The notes beneath the pieces were generated by a model. The model was given only the letters and a program-made list of their open reading frames with translations, did no database searches and was not told the origin of the DNA. A stretch of 63,965 bases of DNA, the filler included, from an uncultured bacterium (GTDB lineage Bacteria; CAZSTA01): NCBI GenBank assembly GCA_964609495.1. It is 11 parts of 11 records of this genome, joined end to end, with 100 filler letters (N's around TTAATTAATTAA, not from the genome) between each part and the next. Parts side by side here need not be neighbours in the genome. Positions count along the whole stretch, not along the records: positions 43,017 to 48,859 come from CAZSTA010000220.1; positions 48,960 to 54,711 come from CAZSTA010000222.1; positions 54,812 to 60,549 come from CAZSTA010000223.1; 8 more parts are not named here. One strand, given 5' to 3'. Of the stretch, positions 46,508 through 55,600 are shown piece by piece. The position numbers were made by a program, and so were the translations under genes. Each line of letters begins with the position of its first letter. Within the stretch, counting starts at the first letter, position 1.

Positions 46508-48772
46508 CTAAAGTTCTAATTCTAATCTGCCTAATTTCTTACTTTCCCCCCTCAATTCGCTATCGATATATACCTTTAATCCTTCCTCTTTATCCCAGGT
46601 GACCTTCACCCAATGTCCGTTATACCTAACCTTATCTAAGCAGAAATTATCAAGCTCGAAGGGTAAAGGCTCCACCCTGAACTTGTTATTAGTAAGAGGC
46701 TGTAAACCAGCTACATATTTGATTATCAGATCCACTACCCAAGAGTGCTGATAATCATTGACACCGCGATAGGTGCAAGCCTTTCCGTTGAAGGGGTTAT
46801 AATGCTCATAGCAATTCGGACGCTCTATATTCTGATCGTAGAACATCATCTTAATGAACTTGCGGATCAACTCTGCTGCCTTCGACCTCAGAGCTGGATC
46901 TAAGGAGAGCGAAGCTCGAGCTAAAGCCTCAGCCACATGGCTATTAGTCATAGGCCATACCCGACCGTTCCAGGGACAATCGTGACGCTTATCCTTCCAC
47001 TCCGCCCAAGAGCTAAAGTAGGGATCATCAATACTGGTGGAGGGAACTGGCCACTCGGTCCAGAACTCATCTGGGTTAAGCAGATGTTTTCTTATCGCAG
47101 ATAGATGGACCTCAGAGGCAAGATCGGTCATAAAGGGATAGAAACATACCGCCGCCTTATAGGGAGATTTCTCCCAAGTTTTAGGGGCAACATCACAGAA
47201 GATATTTCGCTCTCCATCCCACATCTTCGTTAATATCGCCTCTTTAGTGGTCTTGGCTCGCTCATCCCAAACCTCAGCTTCGTCCTTCTTGCCCAATTGC
47301 CGCGCCATCTCGGCTAAACTTCGCTGTAATTCATACATATACACTGTGGCATCTATCCCCTTGAGTTGAATTGGTCCCCACTCATCCGCTTTCTCATCGA
47401 CAAAGAGATAGCGACTCATATACTCCTGTCCGGTCTCCCCTTGATCCACCACATCATAAAGGGAACTATTCTCTTTATCTCGTTCGGTATCAAAATATTC
47501 CATATATAACTTCAGAGGCTCATAAACTTTGCGTAGAAACTCGAGATCGGGGTGAACTTTGTCCAATTCTAAAACCCCATATCCCCAGTTAGCATGATAC
47601 ATATTAGGAGTGTTATAGTGCGCTCCCACTCCCCCAGGGATATAGCCATTATCCAATTGATTCTCGATGAAGTTTAGGATACTCCCCTGCGCCAGGTCAG
47701 GATTATGCATCCATCGGGCTTCTAACATATGACATTGAGCGCTGTAGCTGATGTGATTGCGAAACCAATCCTCATTTGGTCCCTCAAAGACGCAGGGATA
47801 TTCGAGATTGAACTTCTTTACATTTATAGAATTAAGTTTCAATCCATACCAACGATACCAATAATACTTTTGAATATAGGGATCACTGCACCCGAAATGA
47901 GGAACGTTGGAGAAGAAGTTATGCCATTTATCGATACTTATCTGGACCGGATCTCCCTGTAAGGTATCATCTAGATTCTTCCTAGCTTCCTCTCTATCGG
48001 TTGAGATGCTACAAGAGGAGGTAAACGAGAATGGACTTTTAGCAGGAACTTCGATCTCATAGTGCAATCCCATATACATAAAGTTGGCTCGATGCATATC
48101 CAAGCTACTCGTCTTTATCTCATCCTTCAAGCGATCACCTGTTATCTTCTCGTAGAAAGGAGTTAGATGCCAGAATGGATAGTTAGGCGAAACCCCAGCA
48201 GGAATCTCGGAAATATTGATGCTATAGGAGGTCAGGGGTAAATCGATTCCAAGCGCATAAAATAAATTAATCGGTGTTGGAGCAGAACTTCGCTTGCTCT
48301 CTTGTTCAAAGGTTAAGCGCTCATCTTCGATATTGGGATCGATTATCTTCCCCGTTTCATCCATTCGTTGGCACGTCCAAAGCACCAGCTCTAACTTCTT
48401 ATCATCCTCTCCTTCATTATCTATCTCTATCACCGAGACAAAGCTATCATTGGCAAGAACAACCTTGCGCTCTCTGAAGCTCAATTCTCCAGCCTTATAA
48501 TTCGTGGTCAACTCGCTTGGTCTCCACCTCCTGCTCTCGACCTTTAGCGCCAGAGGTTGGAGATCCTCATCGAGGAAAGTCATAGTATAGATCGGTTGCA
48601 AGCGATATCCCAAATAGTAGCCGAGATCCCAAAAGCCAGGGTAGTCGAGAAATAGAGGGAAGCCCGCTGACCAGATAGTCGCTCCTCCTCCGCCTAAGAA
48701 CCACTTATCAGTCCTGCTTAAATAATCTAATATGTCCTGTCCTCCAACTTCGACCGCTTCTATCTGTGACAT
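46508..48772 (-). CDS. MGH1/GH63-like glycoside hydrolase (trehalase-like toroid)
   Basis: GETGQE, ID...Y, LLNPDEFWT..PVPS, WNGRVWPMTN, YEHYNP. Confidence 0.72.
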   Translation of the reverse strand: MSQIEAVEVGGQDILDYLSRTDKWFLGGGGATIWSAGFPLFLDYPGFWDLGYYLGYRLQPIYTMTFLDEDLQPLALKVESRRWRPSELTTNYKAGELSFRERKVVLANDSFVSVIEIDNEGEDDKKLELVLWTCQRMDETGKIIDPNIEDERLTFEQESKRSSAPTPINLFYALGIDLPLTSYSINISEIPAGVSPNYPFWHLTPFYEKITGDRLKDEIKTSSLDMHRANFMYMGLHYEIEVPAKSPFSFTSSCSISTDREEARKNLDDTLQGDPVQISIDKWHNFFSNVPHFGCSDPYIQKYYWYRWYGLKLNSINVKKFNLEYPCVFEGPNEDWFRNHISYSAQCHMLEARWMHNPDLAQGSILNFIENQLDNGYIPGGVGAHYNTPNMYHANWGYGVLELDKVHPDLEFLRKVYEPLKLYMEYFDTERDKENSSLYDVVDQGETGQEYMSRYLFVDEKADEWGPIQLKGIDATVYMYELQRSLAEMARQLGKKDEAEVWDERAKTTKEAILTKMWDGERNIFCDVAPKTWEKSPYKAAVCFYPFMTDLASEVHLSAIRKHLLNPDEFWTEWPVPSTSIDDPYFSSWAEWKDKRHDCPWNGRVWPMTNSHVAEALARASLSLDPALRSKAAELIRKFIKMMFYDQNIERPNCYEHYNPFNGKACTYRGVNDYQHSWVVDLIIKYVAGLQPLTNNKFRVEPLPFELDNFCLDKVRYNGHWVKVTWDKEEGLKVYIDSELRGESKKLGRLELEL

Positions 48773-48805
48773 AATGATAACTTCCTCCTTAAATTATGAT
48801 ATAAA

Positions 48806-48859
48806 TCCCCCTCCCCCTAACCCCCTCCCATCAAGAGAGGGGGGACTAAAGGGCTTTAG
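48806..48859 (+). repeat. C repeat at contig end
   Basis: CCCCCTCCCCCTAACCCCCTCCCATCAAGAGAGGGGGGACTAAAG. Confidence 0.7.
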
Positions 48860-48959
48860 NNNNNNNNNNNNNNNNNNNNNNNNNNNNNNNNNNNNNNNNN
48901 NNNTTAATTAATTAANNNNNNNNNNNNNNNNNNNNNNNNNNNNNNNNNNNNNNNNNNNN
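48860..48959. other. Artificial contig linker
   Basis: Same 100-nt linker. Confidence 0.98.
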
Positions 48960-49478
48960 GAAGGTAATCTCAACGTGCTGAGGATCTCCAGTATGCCTCT
49001 CCAGGGTAGTAGAGGCGATAGGAACTCCGTCCTCCTTTAAGGTAAAGTCCACCACGTATTCATCGTTAGGCGTTCCTGTTAGGTAGAAGGTGAGATCGAC
49101 ATAGTTGGCGAATTCAGCTCCAAAGGTCAAATCGTAAGTTCCATCCCCAAAATTTGTTTGTCCCGTGTCTATTCCATTTCCATCCTCCGGGAAATCTTGA
49201 GAATCGATCTTACCATCACCATTAACATCGATAGCGCCATCTAGATTCATAAGCATATATCTAGCTCTTTGGATGCCAGCCTCGGCTATGTAGAAAGCCC
49301 TCGTCCCCTCCTCGCCCAAGACGTCTATCTGTCTCTCCCTGACAGCTAAAATCACTACCCCCGCGGCGACAACAGAAAGGACCGCCATCGTCACAGCGGC
49401 TAACATCAAGGCTACTCCTTTTTCGTCTCGGAACACCGAAATTAATTCTAATTTCCTATTGTTTTTCATTTTTTCCAC
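48960..49478 (-). CDS. PilX-like minor pilin, 3' truncated
   Basis: EKG/VAL prepilin site lacking Glu5, RAFYIAEAGI motif. Confidence 0.8.
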
Positions 49479-49515
49479 TCCTTTCTTAAAGATGAGGATA
49501 GCCCACCCTTTATTC

Positions 49516-49902
49516 TTATTGACTATGGATTATGCATTTCACATCATATACCCTTTGTGTCCCTTCTTCAGTAGTCCAGCGAACGCTTACGGTAACCTCC
49601 CTAAGCTCAGCATAACCGTGGCTATCTGAAGCTACATCTATTTTATATTCGTAATTGCTATATTCAGGAAATTGTGTCCAATTAGTAGTCGCGACCTGGG
49701 GAAAAGGTTTGTTCAAGATCTCTTCCATTTTATCCTGAGCTAGAGCGACTGCCTTATTGCTTATTCCTCCTCCAGCAGTACCTAACACTCCAAGTGAGAA
49801 TACACTGACCATTCCCACCACCATTATGGCCAATATAGCTAGAGCAATTACAACTTCAATAAAGCTAAATCCGTTCTCTTCCTTAATTAAATCAACCTTC
49901 AT
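49516..49902 (-). CDS. PilV/GspI-like minor pilin
   Basis: ENG/FSFIEVVIAL, LAQDKMEE, VTVSVRW. Confidence 0.82.
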   Translation of the reverse strand: MKVDLIKEENGFSFIEVVIALAILAIMVVGMVSVFSLGVLGTAGGGISNKAVALAQDKMEEILNKPFPQVATTNWTQFPEYSNYEYKIDVASDSHGYAELREVTVSVRWTTEEGTQRVYDVKCIIHSQ

Positions 49903-49915
49903 AGCGGATCACCTC

Positions 49916-50383
49916 CTACCTGACGTGAACTTCCCCAGTATGAGCCACGATCTCTATAGTTATTGTCTCCCCACTATTATGCTTTATCACAACATCCTCG
50001 TCCACATTGAAGAAATCGAGATCTCCATCATTATCTAAATCCTTGGAAGGTATTCCTTGCCAATTAAAGGTGACATATCCGGGATTAGCATCGATACTTA
50101 CGTTATCTGGCAAATTTATATTTTCCACAGTTCCATCCGGCCAAGTTATCTGATATGAACTTGGGGGATTAAAGGTCAAGGTAGCGCTGGTCTGCCCGTT
50201 CATCGCTAAAGCTTGAGTTTTTCTCAGATCAGCGGCAACCTGACTAGTGGCGTTTTTAATCTCCATAGCTCTTTTGGATTCTAGATAGCGAGGGATAGCG
50301 TAAAGGGATATAGCAACTGCTATCAATATAACTATCATCAACTCTATAATCGTTACTCCTCTTTGATCCTTCCAGATGTTCAT
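49916..50383 (-). CDS. FimT/GspH-like minor pilin
   Basis: QRG/VTIIELMIVI, ADLRKTQALAM, VTFNWQG. Confidence 0.82.
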   Translation of the reverse strand: MNIWKDQRGVTIIELMIVILIAVAISLYAIPRYLESKRAMEIKNATSQVAADLRKTQALAMNGQTSATLTFNPPSSYQITWPDGTVENINLPDNVSIDANPGYVTFNWQGIPSKDLDNDGDLDFFNVDEDVVIKHNSGETITIEIVAHTGEVHVR

Positions 50384-50425
50384 ATAAATTCCACCACCTT
50401 TCCAAATTTACCTACCTTTTAAATC

Positions 50426-50442
50426 AGCAATTATTGTGCCAA
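50426..50442 (-). promoter_or_regulatory. sigma54 (-24/-12) promoter of the pilin genes
   Basis: TTGGCAC-AATAA-TTGCT, consensus match, about 40 nt before the fimT-like start. Confidence 0.85.
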
Positions 50443-50444
50443 GC

Positions 50445-50467
50445 AAAAAAGTCGCCTTTCAGCGACT
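50445..50467 (-). terminator. Intrinsic terminator after the two-component pair
   Basis: AGTCGC-6 nt-GCGACT followed by a T run on the minus strand. Confidence 0.6.
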
Positions 50468-50570
50468 AAGGAATGCGAAGATGTGAACGTGACAAAATGT
50501 GGATCAAAGCAAACTCGGATACCACATAATCGGGGAGAGCGAATTATATCTTTTTATAAACCCTTTATAT

Positions 50571-52271
50571 TTACTTGGAATAATATCTTGAACGGTGAGA
50601 TCGCGCGACCTCTATCGCCTCCTCCTGGGTCGCGTGGATATCTATTATCTGGGAAGCAGAGATCAGATCGAAGGTCCTTTTTACCTCGGGAGATAATCCC
50701 ACCAACCTCATATTCCCTCCTCGTTCCCGAATCGCTTTTAAGCTGGACATTATAATCCCCAAGCCAGGACTACCTATATAGGGAACATCGGAGAGATCAA
50801 TTATGAACTCGCTCCCCTCCTTGGCATAATCTCTTATCGCCTCGGTTAGCTTAGCCGATGTGTTTTCGGTAATTTCCTTTCCCAGATTTAAAATAATTAA
50901 ATCATCCTTGACATAGAGATCTTTAGTCCCCTCACCTCCTATTATCTTATAGAAAGTTCCCTGGCTTATCTGTAATTTATCCATCGCCCTCTTCCGCTCT
51001 CCATCTACTTCCTTTAACGTCTTCAAAACATAATCTCGACGAAAGATATCGGTTGCCTCTTTCAAGGACATCCAAACTTTGATATCACCCTTATCCTTAA
51101 TGATCGCGGAGCTTTGAATATTCAAGGGGAGATATTCGGGCAGTATAGTATCGCCCTCGGCTAAAGTAACTGCCCTCTCAATGGTATTCTCTAGTTCCCT
51201 GATGTTACCCGGCCAATCATAATCAAACAGCAGTTTCATAGTCTCAGAATCTATATGCTTTATCCCCTTGTTGAGCTTGGCTATGAAGTGTTCAACTAAA
51301 GCAGGTATATCTTCTTTATGCTCTCTTAGGAGAGGTATCATAATGGGAACTACATTTAAGCGATAATATAGATCCTCTCTGAAATTTCCCCTTTTAATCT
51401 CTTCCTCTAAATTCTTATTCGTAGCCGCGAGAATCCGCACATCAACCTCGATCTCTCTCTCCCCTCCTACTCGAGAGAAGGATCGATTCTCAATAGCTCT
51501 CAGCACCTTAGCTTGTGTAGAGAGACTCATATCTCCGATCTCGTCCAGAAAGAGAGTCCCGGTATCAGCTTGTTCGAATTTTCCGATCCTCCTGGAGGAG
51601 GCGCCGGTGAAAGCCCCTTTTTCATGCCCAAATAACTCGCTCTCCAAAATGGACTCCGGCAAAGCCGCACAATTTACTACTACCAGCCCCTTATCCTTCC
51701 TTAAACCGTTATAATGTATAGCTCTAGCGATCAACTCCTTACCAGTTCCACTTTCCCCCTGAATTAAAACAGTAACGTTGCTATTGAGAACTTTCCCGAC
51801 TAAATTATATACCTCCTGCATTCTACCACTCTGACCAATTATATTGGAAAAGGTATATTTCTTCCTGACCTCGGAGCGAAGGCGAGAAACCTCCTCGGTG
51901 AGAGATCTCGTCTCCAGCCCCCTTTGGACGAGAACTTGAATCTTCTCAGGATCAAAGGGTTTGATGATATAATCATAAGCACCGAGCTTCATCGCCGCTA
52001 CCGAGGTTTCCACCGTTCCGTAAGCGGTCATTATAATCACGCAGATCTGGGGATCGATCTTCTTAACCTCCCGAAGAACATCGACTCCGCTCATATCAGG
52101 AAGTTTTAGATCTAAGATCACTACTTCGGGCAATTCCGCCTGAACTTGTTCGATCGCCCCCTTGCCGTCCGCGACAGTCAATACCTCATAATCAGGCTGA
52201 AAAGTGCTGAGAAGAAATTTACGCATTCCCTCGTTATCATCAACTATTAGAAGCTTACTTTTCTTCTTCAT
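50571..52271 (-). CDS. NtrC/PilR-family sigma54 activator with extra C-terminal STAS domain
   Basis: REC (VDD, LDLKLP), GESGTGKE, GAFTGA, Fis-type HTH, then IIDLSDVPYIGSPGLG STAS. Confidence 0.9.
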   Translation of the reverse strand: MKKKSKLLIVDDNEGMRKFLLSTFQPDYEVLTVADGKGAIEQVQAELPEVVILDLKLPDMSGVDVLREVKKIDPQICVIIMTAYGTVETSVAAMKLGAYDYIIKPFDPEKIQVLVQRGLETRSLTEEVSRLRSEVRKKYTFSNIIGQSGRMQEVYNLVGKVLNSNVTVLIQGESGTGKELIARAIHYNGLRKDKGLVVVNCAALPESILESELFGHEKGAFTGASSRRIGKFEQADTGTLFLDEIGDMSLSTQAKVLRAIENRSFSRVGGEREIEVDVRILAATNKNLEEEIKRGNFREDLYYRLNVVPIMIPLLREHKEDIPALVEHFIAKLNKGIKHIDSETMKLLFDYDWPGNIRELENTIERAVTLAEGDTILPEYLPLNIQSSAIIKDKGDIKVWMSLKEATDIFRRDYVLKTLKEVDGERKRAMDKLQISQGTFYKIIGGEGTKDLYVKDDLIILNLGKEITENTSAKLTEAIRDYAKEGSEFIIDLSDVPYIGSPGLGIIMSSLKAIRERGGNMRLVGLSPEVKRTFDLISASQIIDIHATQEEAIEVARSHRSRYYSK

Positions 52272-52296
52272 TCTATTTATACCCTAAATTTATGAT

Positions 52297-54153
52297 TTAT
52301 CCTAAGATATCCCTATTCCTGTTTAAGTAGATGCGAAAGGTAGTGCCTTTACCTAACTCGCTTCTGACCTCTATCCTTCCTCCATGACTCACTATGATCT
52401 TATGAGCTATAGCCAAGCCTAATCCAGTGCCTTTACTTTTGGTGGTAAAGAAGGGGATAAGTATCTTATCTATATTCTCAGCCGCGATACCATATCCGGT
52501 ATCTTCTATCTCAACCATCACTCCCGAGGATAATCTATTATCCTCATTCACTCCGGCGGGATAATAATTACTAGTGGAGAGTTTTAATTCCCCTCCCTCC
52601 GGCATAGCCTCAAGGGAATTTATGATCAGATTGAGGAAAGCTTGTCTCAACTGATCTTCATCAGCTATGATCTGGGGAATATCGGAAGAAAAGTTACGTT
52701 CGATATGCACTCTATTATCTCCTTTGTTGAACTCCGCTATAGATAGGGCGTTATCTATGATTTCATTTAGCATAACCTTTTCTAATATCGGCTCTTTAGG
52801 TCTGGCGAAATCCAAAAATTCAGTTACCAAAGTATTTAGTCCATTTACCTCAGCGATTATGCCTTGAGCCATATCCCAGCTTGGGTCATCATTTGCAAAT
52901 TTCCTCTGAAGGAGCTTGGCAAATCCCTGAATAGCTCCCAAGGGATTACGGATCTCATGAGCTATCCCTGCGGACATCTCTCCCAGAGTAGCCAATCTTT
53001 CCTTGAGTCTAACCTGCTCCTGCAATCTCTTGAGTTCCGTTATATCGGTAAAGAGGAGGATCACTCCCATAACTCTATCCTGAGAAGCCTTGAGTAGGGA
53101 AGTCGATAATCCAACCCATATTGGTTGCCCATCCTCTCTCTCCAACTGTATCTCTACGCGAGTATGTGTCTTATCCATAGCTAGAGATTCCTTCAGCACT
53201 TCCCCCAACTTATTATCCTTCCCAAATACCTCGGAGTAGGTTTTGTTCATTACCTCCTCGCTTTTCATCCCGAAGATCTTCTCCGCAGTATCGTTAAATG
53301 TTGTTATTCTACCCTCGGTATCGAAGGTAATGACTCCACTCCTTATGCTACGAAGAATGCATTGATTATATCCCTCTAATATCTCAGCTCTTCTCTCCGC
53401 CTTCGAGTATAGCTCTTGTAGATTCTCGCCCCTTTGTCGAGAATCCTCCAGCAATTCTCCAAAGGTCTGCACCAGAAAACCGAATTCCTCTTGAGGATTA
53501 GGATAGCGATCCTCTTTAAACAATTCTTGAGAGGCAAGAGGCTTTTTGGGATGAGATAAACGATTAAAGAGCAAAATCATAGCTATAGCGAATAATAGCG
53601 TAGCTACTCCAAATATCAAGGTGTTAGCAAGAGCTTTATCCATAATCTTACTTAGGGGGATCATTTCTCTTAGCTCTAAAACCGCTAGCACCTTATCGCC
53701 ATTCTCGATCGGAAAGTAGCCACTCCTATATACTTGATTGTCCTCTCTATAAAAAGGAGAAAGCACCGTCTTGCCGTTCCAAGCGGCCCTTAGATATATA
53801 TTTTTGTCCTGTGGTTCTTCTATCCCCTCTGGGACATTATCTAACCATACTCCTTCTCTATTTAATATCTTTATCCTCTGGACACCGACTGATTCCCCTA
53901 GCTTAGCGAACGTTAAGTAGTTCTTGATATCGAAATGCTCTTTCCCTTCAGCAGTGAACTCGGAATCGCTAAGGGATAGAGAAAGGGATATCATCGTCCC
54001 CAGATGAAGCAATTTTCGGTCTATTTCCGATTTAATATCCCTCTCAGCTTTGTTATAGAAGAGAAAAGCCGCACTAAGGTCTATCATCACTAAGACGATA
54101 GCGATTAAAATTATAAATAACCTTCCGTAGATATTTCTACCTCTCCAAGACAT
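52297..54153 (-). CDS. PAS-domain membrane sensor histidine kinase (PilS/AtoS-like)
   Basis: Two TM helices, PAS, AHEIRNPL, NLIINS, DTGYGI, GTGLGL. Confidence 0.92.
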   Translation of the reverse strand: MSWRGRNIYGRLFIILIAIVLVMIDLSAAFLFYNKAERDIKSEIDRKLLHLGTMISLSLSLSDSEFTAEGKEHFDIKNYLTFAKLGESVGVQRIKILNREGVWLDNVPEGIEEPQDKNIYLRAAWNGKTVLSPFYREDNQVYRSGYFPIENGDKVLAVLELREMIPLSKIMDKALANTLIFGVATLLFAIAMILLFNRLSHPKKPLASQELFKEDRYPNPQEEFGFLVQTFGELLEDSRQRGENLQELYSKAERRAEILEGYNQCILRSIRSGVITFDTEGRITTFNDTAEKIFGMKSEEVMNKTYSEVFGKDNKLGEVLKESLAMDKTHTRVEIQLEREDGQPIWVGLSTSLLKASQDRVMGVILLFTDITELKRLQEQVRLKERLATLGEMSAGIAHEIRNPLGAIQGFAKLLQRKFANDDPSWDMAQGIIAEVNGLNTLVTEFLDFARPKEPILEKVMLNEIIDNALSIAEFNKGDNRVHIERNFSSDIPQIIADEDQLRQAFLNLIINSLEAMPEGGELKLSTSNYYPAGVNEDNRLSSGVMVEIEDTGYGIAAENIDKILIPFFTTKSKGTGLGLAIAHKIIVSHGGRIEVRSELGKGTTFRIYLNRNRDILG

Positions 54154-54218
54154 ATCGGTCTCCTGAATCGCACTTATAAAATGTCACCCTAGTTCATTTC
54201 TATGCCCGCTCTATAATA

Positions 54219-54247
54219 ATTCTATCATATTAAGAGATATTTATCAA
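54219..54247 (-). promoter_or_regulatory. sigma70-type promoter of the kinase
   Basis: TTGATA-17 nt-TAGAAT with TGn extension. Confidence 0.55.
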
Positions 54248-54275
54248 CTAATTTTGAATATGTTATCAAACAATA

Positions 54276-54711
54276 CTAGAAGCGTAAAAGTCCCACATAC
54301 CATTTAATTATAGCCTCTCCCCATATCAGCGATAGGAAACCTCCTAAAGCTATCATTGGGCCATAGGGAACAGCTTCCTTTAACCCCTTCTTATAGACTA
54401 TCATCCAGATCACTCCAACTATTCCACCTAGAAAAAAGGCTAGGAACAGAGCTAGGATAGTTCTGTTTATAAAGATAGTATAATACCATGGCACTTGGGA
54501 ATACATACCGACTAAATTGGTCTTCCACCCCAGAAAGGCACCCAACATTGCCGCTAACTTTATATCTCCTCCTCCCATCTTTCCTCTACTCACCAAAGCT
54601 ATTATAAGAAGCAAACCTCCTCCTATTAATAAGCCTCTTAGCGAATCTAGGATCGAGGGTTCCTCAGGAAGTAAACTCAATAATACACCTAATATTATCC
54701 CAGGTATAACT
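54276..54711 (-). CDS. pilD: Prepilin peptidase (A24), 5' truncated
   Basis: MGGGDIKLAAMLGAFLGW, VPYGP; open to the contig edge. Confidence 0.85.
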
Positions 54712-54811
54712 NNNNNNNNNNNNNNNNNNNNNNNNNNNNNNNNNNNNNNNNNNNNTTAATTAATTAANNNNNNNNNNNNNNNNNNNNNNNNNNNNNNNNN
54801 NNNNNNNNNNN
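54712..54811. other. Artificial contig linker
   Basis: Same 100-nt linker. Confidence 0.98.
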
Positions 54812-55093
<282 letters not shown>

Positions 55094-55184
55094 TATTGAT
55101 TAAAACACCCTCAAGAGAGAGGGAGAAAACGAAGAGTAAACCCATCAGGAGAAAAGACCATAAAAAGATCGAGGTGATGAACTT

Positions 55185-55562
55185 TTGCCGACCATAAACC
55201 AACTCGTTCGAAAGGGCCGTCGAAAGATAGGGACGAAATCGTCTGCCCCAGCTTTAATGGGATGCCCTCAAAGAAGAGGTGTCTGTCTCCAGGTGAAAAC
55301 CACTACCCCAAGAAAGCCCAACTCAGCGCTCAGGAAGATAGCCCGAGTCCGACTCACCAATGGGATAGAGGTCACAGCCTACATCCCTGGCATAGGACAC
55401 AACCTTCAAGAGCACTCAGTGGTCCTAGTTCGAGGCGGGAGAGTAAAAGACCTACCTGGCGTTCGATACCACATAATTCGAGGGACCCTGGATACCGCCG
55501 GGGTGGAGGACAGAAGAAGGGGTCGCAGTAAATACGGAGCGAAGCGGCCCAGGAAAACCTAG
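55185..55562 (+). CDS. rpsL: 30S ribosomal protein S12
   Basis: [31 protein letters not shown] start. Confidence 0.97.
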   Translation: MPTINQLVRKGRRKIGTKSSAPALMGCPQRRGVCLQVKTTTPRKPNSALRKIARVRLTNGIEVTAYIPGIGHNLQEHSVVLVRGGRVKDLPGVRYHIIRGTLDTAGVEDRRRGRSKYGAKRPRKT

Positions 55563-55600
55563 GAAAATAAACTAATTGTTCCCGATAAGGAGGGGCTTAA

